A DNA stretch of 63,246 nucleotides, counting the filler, from Atractiella rhizophila (taxonomy: Eukaryota): NCBI GenBank assembly GCA_021432655.1. It is 5 parts of 5 records of this genome, joined end to end, with 100 filler letters (N's around TTAATTAATTAA, not from the genome) between each part and the next. Parts side by side here need not be neighbours in the genome. Positions count along the whole stretch, not along the records: positions 50,747 to 63,246 come from MU272005.1; 4 more parts are not named here. One strand, 5' to 3'. The stretch's first letter is position 1, and the number at the start of each line of letters is the position of its first letter. Below are positions 50,747-63,246 of the stretch, in pieces. Below the pieces are notes generated by a model, which was not told where the DNA came from, did no database searches, and saw only the letters and a program-made list of their open reading frames with translations. Both the position numbers and the translations under genes were made by a program.

Positions 50747-53121
50747 ATGAGCGCGATGTCATCAGCAGAGAAGAGCGATGTGAAGGCATGGGAGATGAAC
50801 GTCACGTCTTGCTTACACATTGATGCTCTGGAGCAACAAGAAGGGAAGAAAATCGAGCCCGCAGGTTCGTCCTCGAAGATATTGTGGACGATCAGCATAC
50901 TAAGAGAGGAGGGAACAGGACTCGCCAAGTGCTCAGCTTGTGATCTCACCAGCAACCTCTGGCTTTGTTTAACATGCGGAAATCTCGCGTGTGGTCGACA
51001 GCAGTTTGGTGGGGTTCTAGGTAATGGACACGGAATGCAGCATTGGGAGACACATGCACATCCCGTCGCCGTCAAGCTTGGTACCATCACTCCTGAGGGC
51101 ACTGCAGGTACGTTTTCGCGCCAGCTTTATTCGGTGGAGAAAGTTGCTGATGCAATAAAGTAGATATCTATTGCTACCAGTGCGACGAGGAGCGGACAGA
51201 TCCCAAGCTGAAAGACCATTTGGCCAACTGGGGAATCGAGGTGGCGGCGCTGACCAAGACCGAGAAGTCTCTTACAGAACTGGTATATTCTCCTCATCAT
51301 CCCAGAAGGATGCTCATATTTGTGTTGCATTCATAGGAACTGGAACAAAATATGAAATTCGACTTTGCAATGACGGGAGAAGACGGGAAGGACCTTGAGC
51401 CTCTCTTCGGCGCTGGGCTCACAGGTCTACGGAACTTAGGAAACAGGTTCGCGCCATTGATTTCCAATCAGCCTCTCTAAATAAAAGTGCACAGTTGCTA
51501 CATGGCTTCCGTCCTCCAAACACTCTACTCGCTGCCTAAATTCAAAGACCGGTATCTTAACAACTACGTTGCACATGCTCTCGCTTGCAAGAAGCCTCCA
51601 GCGACCTGCGTAGAATGTCAGATGTCCAAAATCGCTGACGGCCTCCTGTCCGGTCGGTATTCTGTCCCGCGACCCCTCACGGAGGACACTCACGTTGGGG
51701 AGACGGACGAGAAGCGATTCCAAGAAGGAGTTCGACCTTCCGCTTTCAAGGGTTTGATAGGGAAGGATCATCCGGAGTTCTCGACGATGAGACAGCAGGA
51801 TGCGGATGAGTTCTTGAAGCATCTACTTAAGGTGTTGAAAGTGGATAATAAGCGGCTGGAAGGCGGCGCAAAGGGAGAGGGAGAGAAGGTCTTCGACCCG
51901 ACTGCTGTGTTCGGGTTTGGGATGCTTCATCGCTTACAATGTGGGGAGTGCAAAGGTGTAAGATATCGGACAGATGAGGTAGAGGCGTTGAGCATTCCGG
52001 TTCCTGCACGGGAGGTGAAGGCAGAGGTGGAGGAGAAGGATGAGAAGCCCAAGAAGGTGAAATACGAAGAAGTGAGATTGGAAGAGTGTCTCGACTCATT
52101 GACTGGGACGGAAGCGCTGGAGTATACATGTCCTAAGTGTGAAAAGAACGTGATCGCCACCCAGTGCGTGCCTAAATGCTTTTTCTTCAAGGAACCGAAT
52201 CTAACTGTATATGCAGGACCACCAAATTCTCCACTTTCCCTGACGTCCTCGCAATTCACGCCCGCCGCTTCCAACTCGTCAACTGGGTCCCTCAAAAGCT
52301 CGACATCCCGATACTCGTACCCTTCGACTCCATCAACATGGACAAATATCTCGGTCAAGGAAAACAAGCTGACGAAACGGACCTCCCTGATACTGATGGA
52401 CCCTCCACCCCCGAAGTGTCCTTCAACGCTGAAGCACTTGCACAGTTGGAGGCGATGGGATTCCCAACTCTCAGATGTCAGAAGGCACTACTGGCGACTG
52501 GAAATGCAGACCCGAATGCAGCGATGGAATGGTTGTTTGCCCATATGGACGATGCTGGTTCGGAGATCTTCTGCTCCTTTCAGGTTTTGTTATAATGTTG
52601 TTGAACAGACATCGATGAGCCCATCAAATCTGCAACTTCAGGAAAAAGAAGCGACGAACCGTCTGAAGAGCAAGTGGGCATGATAAGCGAGATGGGATTC
52701 ACGCTCGCTCAGGCCAGGAAAGCGCTTCGTGAGACGGGAGGGAACGCCGAACGAGCCATCGAATGGCTGTTCGCTCATCCGGACGACTCTGGGGAAGAGG
52801 ATATGACAGTCGATAGGCTACCTGAAGGATCAAGTTCGGTTATTGCCGGTTCAGCCATTCTACCAGCAAATTATCGGTTGAAGGCTTTCATTTCACATAA
52901 AGGCCCTTCGGTTCATTCGGGCCATTATGTAGCGCATATTTGGGAGGGAGAAGAAACCGGATGGGTGCTCTTCAACGATGAGAAAGTGCGTTCTTCGTAC
53001 AATTCAGAGAATACTTGTGCTAATGTGGCTACGTGAGCAGGTCGTGAGAGCGGAGGGGGGTGCTCAGAGCGCAAAGGATTTGGCGCCTTTCGCTTATGTC
53101 TATGTTTACGAAAGGATTTGA
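50747..53121 (+). CDS. UBP14: Ubiquitin-specific protease 14 / isopeptidase T (USP5-like), 5' truncated
   Basis: ZnF-UBP NLWLCLTCGNLACGRQQ; Cys box GLRNLGN|SCYMASVLQ; QQDADEF; two UBA domains (MGF..AMEWLF); His box HKGPSVHSGHYVAH. Confidence 0.95.
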
Positions 53122-53562
53122 AGGACAAGAACATGTATCAAATGGTGTGGTGTGTACGCAAAGGAAAATACAATTGCATGTAGAAACATAACATAGGTCG
53201 TAAAGTATCACGTGCGTTGGTCATCATCATCATCAGGGAGCGAATTGGCTCGTAAAAACATCGAACAGGGTTCTCCCTCTACCCACTCACGATCTCCCAT
53301 AAGAGGGACGATATGGGCTTCTGAGATTCTCTCGTGATTGGGGGTCGTTATTCTTTTCATTTGTTTTTCTTTCGGGGCGATTCCTGGTTATCACTTCAGC
53401 TGCAGCAAGTACGACTCAACAAGGGTCGAACAGTGTCGCTCCTTCAGTTAAAACGACCTGTACTTCTTAAAAAACGATAAAATCAATCAAGCAGGAGGTC
53501 AATATCTTATTCTTGCATTCTCATTGTAGCTTAGCTTCACTGGCAAATTGGTGGTCATCACG

Positions 53563-54519
53563 ATGAGTGCTTGGTCTGTAGCAGCAGCTAGCTATTCTTT
53601 ATCTCCAATTACGACTCTTCAATTCGACTTCCTCCAAGAATTATTATGGTCCGGAAATTCTCAAGGTTACGTCTCTTCATGGTTCACGACAGACGATTCC
53701 ACCTCTTCCACCTTGAATCGCTATACCTCTTACAAGGCTCACAATCTCTCTCAGACCCATCAAATCCTTTCTAACGATCGCGGAATCCTTTCTTTGGGAA
53801 TGGATTCGGTCAAGCTAGCTAATCGCAGGGGATTATGCCAATGGCAATACCAGGAACGAAACATCGCGTTGTCGAACATGGCACATTCTCCCATCAAGAA
53901 CAGCGAAGTCGTGGTCGCAGCCTCTTCCACTAACTCCCTTCTTTCATCCAGCCTCGCACATAGGCATGAACTCCTACTTTTAAATGTTGCGACTGGCACT
54001 TTGCTCAAACGGACAGGGATAACAAGCCCCACTTCCCATATCAGAACATCGAAGAATCTTCTTTGTTGTGCTCAGCTCGATGGGACGATTGTTCTGCGTG
54101 AACCGAGGGAATATAGGATCTCGAGGACTTTGCCTGCTCACACAGGAGGGATATCGGCTTTGGAAGTGGGAGAGAACACCCTTTACTCCCTGGGCTACAC
54201 GATCCGGTAACCTTTTTTCGTTCATTTCTTTCACAATAGGACTTCATGAGCTGGGATCACAGACAAGGAGTCCCAATCATTGATCCGCACGTCAAGATCT
54301 ACGATATCCGGGCGATGAAAGCTCTCGCTCCTGTACCAACCTCAATCTCTCCATCTTTTCTCAAGGTTCATCCAAAAAAGTCAAATAACATATATCTTGC
54401 TGCGACCGATGGTCGATGGAAGTATATTGATGTGGACAACCAAGGAGACTTCGAGTTCAATCACGTATGGTTCCTAGTTCCTCCAACCCGATTTTTCTCA
54501 CCAGTCCGAACAGGTAGAA
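53563..54519 (+). pseudogene. PAN2: Duplicate 5' fragment of PAN2 (probably assembly redundancy)
   Basis: Same 220-aa ORF as 55674-56336; ends at the gap. Confidence 0.8.
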
Positions 54520-54544
54520 NNNNNNNNNNNNNNNNNNNNNNNNN

Positions 54545-55242
54545 CAACGCTGAAGCACTTGCACAGTTGGAGGCGATGGGATTCCCAACTCTCAGATGTC
54601 AGAAGGCACTACTGGCGACTGGAAATGCAGACCCGAATGCAGCGATGGAATGGTTGTTTGCCCATATGGACGATGCTGGTTCGGAGATCTTCTGCTCCTT
54701 TCAGGTTTGTTATAATGTTGATGAACAGACATCGATGAGCCCCATCAAATCTGCAACTTCAGGAAAAAGAAGCGACGAACCGTCTGAAGAGCAAGTGGGC
54801 ATGATAAGCGAGATGGGATTCACGCTCGCTCAGGCCAGGAAAGCGCTTCGTGAGACGGGAGGGAACGCCGAACGAGCCATCGAATGGCTGTTCGCTCATC
54901 CGGACGACTCTGGGGAAGAGGATATGACAGTCGATAGGCTACCTGAAGGATCAAGTTCGGTTATTGCCGGTTCAGCCATTCTACCAGCAAATTATCGGTT
55001 GAAGGCTTTCATTTCACATAAAGGCCCTTCGGTTCATTCGGGCCATTATGTAGCGCATATTTGGGAGGGAGAAGAAACCGGATGGGTGCTCTTCAACGAT
55101 GAGAAAGTGCGTTCTTCGTACAATTCAGAGAATACTTGTGCTAATGTGGCTACGTGAGCAGGTCGTGAGAGCGGAGGGGGGTGCTCAGAGCGCAAAGGAT
55201 TTGGCGCCTTTCGCTTATGTCTATGTTTACGAAAGGATTTGA
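54545..55242 (+). pseudogene. UBP14: Duplicate 3' fragment of UBP14 (probably assembly redundancy)
   Basis: Near-identical to 52424-53121. Confidence 0.8.
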
Positions 55243-55688
55243 AGGACAAGAACATGTATCAAATGGTGTGCGCCAACAGTGTACGCAAAGGAAATACAAT
55301 TGCATGTAGAAGCATAACATAGGTCGTAAAGTATCACGTGCGTTGGTCATCATCATCATCAGGGAGCGAATTGGCTCGTAAAAACATCGAACAGGGTTCT
55401 CCCTCTACCCACTCACGATCTCCCATAAGAGGGACGATATGGGCTTCTGAGATTCTCTCGTGATTGGGGGTCGTTATTCTTTTCATTTGTTTTTCTTTCG
55501 GGGCGATTCCTGGTTATCACTTCAGCTGCAGCAAGTACGACTCAACAAGGGTCGAACAGTGTCGCTCCTTCAGTTAAAACGACCTGTACTTCTTAAAAAA
55601 CGATAAAATCAATCAAGCAGGAGGTCAATATCTTATTCTTGCATTCTCATTGTAGCTTAGCTTCACTGGCAAATTGGTGGTCATCACG

Positions 55689-58600
55689 ATGAGTGCTTGG
55701 TCTGTAGCAGCAGCTAGCTATTCTTTATCTCCAATTACGACTCTTCAATTCGACTTCCTCCAAGAATTATTATGGTCCGGAAATTCTCAAGGTTACGTCT
55801 CTTCATGGTTCACGACAGACGATTCCACCTCTTCCACCTTGAATCGCTATACCTCTTACAAGGCTCACAATCTCTCTCAGACCCATCAAATCCTTTCTAA
55901 CGATCGCGGAATCCTTTCTTTGGGAATGGATTCGGTCAAGCTAGCTAATCGCAGGGGATTATGCCAATGGCAATACCAGGAACGAAACATCGCGTTGTCG
56001 AACATGGCACATTCTCCCATCAAGAACAGCGAAGTCGTGGTCGCAGCCTCTTCCACTAACTCCCTTCTTTCATCCAGCCTCGCACATAGGCATGAACTCC
56101 TACTTTTAAATGTTGCGACTGGCACTTTGCTCAAACGGACAGGGATAACAAGCCCCACTTCCCATATCAGAACATCGAAGAATCTTCTTTGTTGTGCTCA
56201 GCTCGATGGGACGATTGTTCTGCGTGAACCGAGGGAATATAGGATCTCGAGGACTTTGCCTGCTCACACAGGAGGGATATCGGCTTTGGAAGTGGGAGAG
56301 AACACCCTTTACTCCCTGGGCTACACGATCCGGTAACCTTTTCGTTCATTTCTTTCACAATAGGACTTCATGAGCTGGGATCACAGACAAGGAGTCCCAA
56401 TCATTGATCCGCACGTCAAGATCTACGATATCCGGGCGATGAAAGCTCTCGCTCCTGTACCAACCTCAATCTCTCCATCTTTTCTCAAGGTTCATCCAAA
56501 AAAGTCAAATAACATATATCTTGCTGCGACCGATGGTCGATGGAAGTATATTGATGTGGACAACCAAGGAGACTTCGAGTTCAATCACGTATGGTTCCTA
56601 GTTCCTCCAACCCGATTTTTCTCACCAGTCGAACAGGTAGAAGTCAACTCTTACCTCACAGCATTCGATATCTCCCCAACAGGCGACTATTTGGCATTTG
56701 CGGATGCAGAAGGCACCATCACATTGTGGTGTCACCCAGAGAGCGGCCCTAACTCCAGCCTGTACGTCAGTGAGATCGTCCTTCCAACTCCTCCAGAACC
56801 TATCCACAAGATTGCGTGGGATGATGCAACGTAAGTTGTTCCTTCCTGCTGGTATCAAAACCAACCCAAATACAGCCCATTGAGTTCGATCCCCATGCCG
56901 GAAGCTCGAGGTCCTCTACTTTCCGAATTTGCGCCGCAACATCTGAAGACGAAGTACTCCTTCCGGGCAGCGCCAAAGATCGATCCAGAAATTCTCGCCA
57001 ACGCGAAAACGGTTGACGGGGTGCGATATGCGACTTTACCCAAAAGGCAAATCCGTAACCAGGTCCCGCCTTTAGAAGCGAGCAGGACAGGAAGTGAGAG
57101 GAAGCTAGCTGTCCCTCTTTTCCGAAGCGAGAAAGAAAAGGAGCGTCAGAGAGATAAGGAGAGTCATGACAGGAAGAGGAAAGACTTAAAAGGAAAGGGC
57201 AAAATGAAGGTAAGTTGAGATTTGCAATGGACGAGAAAGCTGAAATGGTGTAGACAGGTGACGAAGAAGACGCCACAGAGGCAGATCTTACGCGAACATC
57301 TATACCTCCGTATTATGGAAAGGTCGAAATCAAATACAGCAAGTTTGGTATTGAAGATTTCGACTTTGGGTTTGTGTTTACGATTTGAATACAGCCCTGC
57401 TAAGTTTGACACAGGTTTTACAACAAGACCAAACTCAGCGGGTTAGAGACGCACGTCGTTAACTCTTACGTCAATCCAATCCTACAAGTCTTGCGCTTCA
57501 TTCCACCGTTTCGCCAAGTTGCCGCTTCTCACATTGCCGAGTCTTGCGCAAAAAACGGGTGTCTTCTGTGCGAACTCGGATTCTTGTTCAAGATGTTGAG
57601 GGATGCTAAGGGTCAGAACTGTCAAGCAAGCAACTTTTGCCGAGCGTTTACAGCTGATTTGAAAGGTATGTTGTACCCAGAGGAACCCAGCTTTGGCTGA
57701 AGTCCATCGTTCGGTAGCTGGCGCCTTTGGACTGTTGGATATAGACGAAGGAGCCTCCTCGAACGTTCCTTATTCTTCCCTGATCCAGCTTTTCAATCGG
57801 TACGTTGTCGAGACAACGAGCGTCGAATGCGACATTCCGAAGCCGGGGAAATACTGCTTGAATCGGTCCATGGTACATATGCAGACCTTGCCCAGCGTCA
57901 TCAAGCAACTTTTCGAGATGACTGCTCAAACAACTGAGATTTGTCAGACTTGCGGGAACAAAGCTTTTCGGGATTCTTCATCTCTCGTCACCGATCTGGT
58001 CTATCCTAGAAAGGCAAGCACGACTGCATATAACGTCCTTTACTGACTTCAACCAGCCCTTGTCCAACGAACCACCACCGGCGACCGACTTTCCTTCCAT
58101 TCTGCAACGGTCAATCAACCGCGAGAGCGTAGGGAACACGACTTGCGTTAATTGTCGTCGTCAATCACATCAGCAAAGCAAGAGAACTGTCTCCTCATCA
58201 TTACTGCCTCCGGTTTTGTCCATCAATAGTGGAGTTCAGGCACCAGAACAGCTTGAGGTCTGGCTCGATAGTCCGTCCAAAGGTCGCTTTCTTCAACCTC
58301 GAATCGAATTTTACAGGCTCGGTGAATCTATTGCGGTACGAAATGCTGCACAAACGGCAAGTAATACTGTGTATGAACTCAGGGCGAGTATCATTCTCTA
58401 CTTAGGCGATCTGCTTCTGAAATTATCACAGGCACTTGTCTTCCAAGTACAAACTGAAGAGGATCCAGCCCACTTGGTAGCTGCTATAAAAGGTATGAGG
58501 TGCCCCGCTGCATTATTATTCTGACAATGTGTCTGAAGTGCCAGCGGATTCAGATTCGGGGATCAAGAAGGATGCCTGGTACCTCTTCAATGATTTTTTG

Positions 58601-59989
58601 GTTCGCCAGATATCGGAAGAGGAAGCATTGTCTTTCTCAGGCACATGGAAGATCCCTTCGACACTCTACTTCACCAGGGTCGACTGCGATAACCTGCTGG
58701 ATTTTTCGACACTACCCATGAAGATCGAGCCATCTATTTTGTTTCATGAACACAGCGTTAACAGGTTCGTTCGTTTTTGACCGCAATAGAGTTGCCAAAC
58801 TGTCTTCGTAGGCCCAGAGACCCGAAGCTCCACCGCGTTTTGCAGCCAAACGAGTTACCACAGAAAGGTACCATAGTCGCTCTCGATGCTGAATTTGTTT
58901 CTCTCCAACAAGTCAGATTTTAGTCTACAACTTAGATATCAGTACTCATGTGAATTGCAGGAGGAAGTCGACTACTTTTCTGATGGCCGAAAGTTGGTCT
59001 TACGACCTGCAAGGATGTCGTTGGCTCGGGTGAGCGTGTTGCGTGGAGATGGACCCTTGAAAGGAACGCCATTCATCGACGACTACATTGAGACCACAGA
59101 AGATATTGTGGACTACCTGACTGAGTACTCTGGAATCAGAGGTAGGGTTCAACATTGTTAATACGTGGGTATTGAACATAAGGTAGCCGGTGATCTTGAT
59201 CGTCATCTTTCGCGAAAGTCGCTTGTTTCCATCAAGACTGCTTATAAAAAGCTCCGACTGCTTCTAGATCTTGGATGCATCTTCATTGGTCACGGCTTGA
59301 GCAAGGATTTCAGAATTATCAGTTAGTTCTCCTTTCCACTCAAATACTTTCTCATGAAGAATCGAGTAGACATCTTTGTTCCGCCAGACCAAATCGTGGA
59401 TACGGTCAACATTTACCACCTTCCACACAGACAAAGGCGAATATCCCTCCGTTTCCTAGCTTGGTACATGCTAGACCAGACAATCCAATCCGAGGGAATT
59501 CACGACAGTATCGAAGATGCCAGAACAGCCCTTAAGCTCTACGAGCATTATCAGAATGCCATCAAGATGAACGACGAGGAGTCTAGCTGGGAAGAGATCA
59601 TGGAAGGCATCTACAATGAGGGTAAACGACTGGTATGTTCAGCCTCATTTTGTGAGCCTTTCCAACTTGGTTCGTAGAATTGGAAGGTGCCAGGAGCAGT
59701 GCAGCCTCCTCCGCGTCCAGCTCAATCTCCGCCTCCGCTCTCCATCTCTCCCCATCAATCGCGTCTCATGTACTCTCCACAATACCATTCTGGCCCGAAC
59801 TTTTATCAACCGACACCGCACTTCGCTCAATCTTTTGCTCAGCTGAATCTAAGCGGTTCAGGGGAAAATGCGAATCGACGTCTGAGCAGAAGTTCAAGAT
59901 TCTCTGAACCGAGGAGTGCATCATTGAGCCCTCCTCCAAGTTGGAATCAGGCCAATCCGGCCGGTAGACGGTATTGGTCTCCTGGATAG
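55689..59989 (+). CDS. PAN2: PAN2 deadenylase catalytic subunit (WD40, inactive UCH, DEDD exonuclease)
   Basis: [96 protein letters not shown]. Confidence 0.96.
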
Positions 59990-60209
59990 CAACGGTTCGC
60001 ATTGTCATAGAATGAGTAGATACGTCCTCCTCCTGTTTGCTGTCAATGCAATGCTACTAAAGTGTGAAAACCACTTCTGCATCACTTGAAGAGAAATGAG
60101 CTGAGTTAGACATAAGGAGAAGAACGAGGGATTGCTATGCAATACAATAATAATATCAGTCCGTGCTACCTGGTATGTAACATCTGCAAGGGTCGAGAAT
60201 CGTTTACTG

Positions 60210-62818
60210 TTATACATCTTCCAACTGAACGTTCGTAGTACTGCTGCTGGGCAAAAGCGTATAATCTCCCCTCGTAAACTTCGCTCCTAGTCTTGCCCCC
60301 AATCCCTCCATTCTCCCACTCTGAGACTGGGCGACGCGCATCTTCATAGCTTTCGCAGCGCGGAATCCACCTGCGGCACAGATCGGCCAGTCAGTCAGCA
60401 CTTTATCTGAAGGACGGGAAGGATGAGGTTAGAGAAGAAACGAACCTGGAGGCACGTCATAAACCCTAGTATAGTCCACCCCCAGCTCCCTCCCCCTCGT
60501 CCAAAAGTCCATACAGTTTCTCCGAAATCCGAGATCAAAGGGATTCGCGGCGCTCTTGCTCTTCGCCAGACCCTCCGTAGCCTTGCCCCTCGTGAACCTG
60601 TCCAAGCCAAGCACGGTGAGGAGGACACCCATGCCTCCCTTTGAGTGGGCATGCGCATGAGGGTGCGCGTGTCCAGTAGAGGATTCGGAGGAGAGCGAGG
60701 AGAGGTGGTCTCGAGCTCCATGATGCGAGTGAGAGTGGGAGTGGGAGTGGGAGTGTGAATGGGAGTGTGAAGACTGAGCCGCCATGGAGGTTCCGCCCCT
60801 ACCGCCCATGTATCCGTACCGTCCGAGGTTTGACACTTCCAGCGTCGTCATTTGGGTGCCGACTTGGTAGAGCTGCGAGATGAGGAGAATGATGGTCCAC
60901 GTCAGCTGTAACGTCGCCCAAAAGGACACGGCGAGGGCGAAAGCGTCGTAGTTGGATGCGGAACAAAGGGGCGTGGGCATGATACATGTGCTGTCGAAGC
61001 CTTCGTTCGATGGTTCCCAGGCAGGTGCATATTCTGTGAAGTAGGCAATGAGGAGGTGGTCGAAAGTTATTATGCCTGATATGAGGAAGAGAATGAAGAG
61101 GAGGAATTGCCGGTGATTGTTCACTCCAACTAATCAACAAATGAGATTCTTGGGCAGAAGAGAAGGAGGGCCAAACGCACTGCAGCTCCACGTCCAAGGA
61201 CAGTGATGGTCGTGTCTCGCAACACAGCGATTACAACTCCTGCAGTGTTTGGATCTCAGAGGTTTCCGTGCCTTCATCACCGTGATTAGCCATCTTCCTC
61301 CATCTCGATATCCCGATGGAATATAAAAGGAACCTACCATACAAGCCAAACAGAAGTTCTGTCCGTCATACCGTCCCGTTATGACTAAGTTTTCAATCTC
61401 CTCCTTGAGCTCAGCATCGTTCGCTGGCTCCTTGACGAAACCAGGATCGAGAGTCATAGCTCTAAACAGGTTGTAGGAGCACAAGAGGATGGATATTCCG
61501 AATATGAAGTTTGCAACGGCGAATTCTGTGCTCACTGTTACAATCCAAACCTATCATTCAGCACGAAATTTGAGGAGGAGAAAGCGCACTGGAGACCAGA
61601 CGTGTGAGCCACACGTATCCGACCCAAAACACGGAACCGAAACGAGTCCAGCCAAATAAGGAGACTTGATCATTTTATCCGGGCCACCGCTCTTATGCAC
61701 CTCCAACAGGACCTTTACGACGACATGATGCATCGCGAACGCCTCTCCGGCAGCAGCGAGGAGTCCAGTCCACCATGGCAAGAGTGCGAGAGTGTAGAAG
61801 ATGAGGAAGAGGAAGAAGCCAGGGGCGAGGAAGACTGCCAACTTCGTGTTTCTCTCCGTCAGCGGTCCACTGCGCAACCGCCCGGTTTCGTCCATCCCCG
61901 CTTCCCGGAGTGCGCGATGGTAGGCAGCTTCGCTCTTCAGCTCTCTCGCCAAATCCAACGGCGTCTTCCCCTGGTTCTCCTTCCGTCTCACATCTCCTCC
62001 AGCTTCCAGGATCCGTTTGATGCAGCCACTGTTTCCTTTCACCACAGCCCAGTGTAGACACGTCAATCCTCCTTCGTCCGCTTTATTTGGATCCGCCCCT
62101 GCCCTCAGGAGGAGCTCTACAGACAGAGCATCGCCTTGATAGCATGCCCACGAGAGGGACGTATGTCCTTGCGCGTCGGACGTGTCAACGGCGAGCGGTT
62201 GCGACGTGAAGAGGTAATAAGAGACGAGCAGGGCGGAGGACGAGTGGACGGCTAGGTGGAGGGCGTTGAAGGATTGAGAGTCGGCCAGTGTAGGGTCAGC
62301 ATTGTACGAAAGGAGGAGGTGGACGATGGCAACGTAGCCATTCCTGAAATCCGGCAAAAAATAGCCGCCGTCAACACCAGACTTTCCCGCCAAGCAAGCA
62401 GCAGGAGAGAGACGAACCGAGATGCCCAGTGTAAAGGAGTAGCCTCCAACTCCCCTCCTTTTGCATCCACCTCCGCACCGTTATCTAGCAACAGCTTGCA
62501 CGCCATGAGCTGATTATTAATAGCAGCCCAATGCAAGGCTGTGATATTCTGTGCATCTCTATCGTTTGCTGTCGCGGTTGGTTCCTTCGGTGCATCAGGG
62601 AATAAGAGCTCTTGGAGAGCGTGCAGGTCGCCTTTCAGTCACGTTTCAAGCGTCAGCAGTTATACTTGGGCGAAAGGAAAGTACGGACCCCGCTGAGCGG
62701 CGGCGTGCAAGGGAGGGAGTGCGGGTGCCTCTTCGGCGGGTGGAGCGACGGTGGTCGTCTCGAAGCTGGTATCTGTCGTGGCGGATGACTTTGGTGACAC
62801 TTTCAGCGGACTGGACAT
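60210..62818 (-). CDS. AKR1: Ankyrin-repeat DHHC palmitoyltransferase
   Basis: Ankyrin repeats ([25 protein letters not shown]); [45 protein letters not shown]. Confidence 0.95.
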
Positions 62819-63246
62819 CGAAGTGAACAGGCTGTAGATGAGGTAAGATTCAAGGAGGAGTTGGAGTTCGTCACTTAGTTTCACTTTAGTCTGCTCTCAC
62901 TAACCACGGATATTCGCCTTTGCTTTTCGCAGCCAATGCAGCAATGGTAATTCTTATTAACATTGTTACTCTCAGAAGTGGTAATTTGTAAGAGGAAGAA
63001 CATCAATTGCGGACCGCTTATCGGGAATTTTTTCTTCATTGTCTAGTTAAAAGTCTCGACGCCTTTCGAAGCAATAGGTAGTGTCGTTTTGAAGTTGTCC
63101 ACAAGCAATAAAACGTCGCGAAAGCCTGGGTAAGCGCGAGAGACACGAAAATGACCAGAAATCCTATATCTTATTTCACTAGATGTGCTGAATTTGAACC
63201 AGTACTGCAACGGCAGACATTACAGTGAAACTACTCTAGCTAGCCT

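Larger units (their letters stand above)
52424..56642. repeat. Tandem ~2.1-kb duplication across a 25-N gap (52424-54519 and 54545-56642)
   Basis: Near-identical UBP14 3' end, intergenic region and PAN2 5' end at offset ~2121-2126. Confidence 0.95.

Noticed and set aside
54246..55157. PAN2-UBP14 fusion protein
   Set aside because: The fusion runs through an N gap between duplicated contig ends.

Overview
Intron-rich fungal DNA (short ~50-nt GT-AG introns; basidiomycete-like, possibly Pucciniomycotina - inference). The window is not one locus. It is five unrelated scaffolds of falling length (12670, 12621, 12533, 12522, 12500 bp) joined by N44-TTAATTAATTAA-N44 linkers. Piece 1 (1-12670) is decayed mobile DNA: a DIRS/Ngaro tyrosine-recombinase retroelement carrying a hAT-like MITE, a stop-interrupted 40-aa TPR array (NLR-sensor-like), a spliced P-element-like DDE transposase relic with Cys/His-rich ends, and a MULE relic. 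Pieces 2-5 hold housekeeping genes: PPR/Aep2-like, TSC13, NUXM, VPS23, NOC3, F-box-like, PRE3, BIR1, MIC10, secreted alpha/beta hydrolase, SUR2, CRIB protein, GNAT, URA6, GH27, double amidohydrolase, CHFR-like RING-PBZ, SPO7-like, UBP14, PAN2, AKR1. The most striking signal is at 27264-28774: 1.5 kb of mirror DNA (reversed, not complemented). It is invisible to six-frame translation, hides the BIR domain of BIR1, and rejoins the gene in frame when flipped; most likely a gap-filling artefact. Two tandem duplications (SUR2; UBP14/PAN2) look like haplotype or overlap artefacts. Exon boundaries were read by eye and are approximate.
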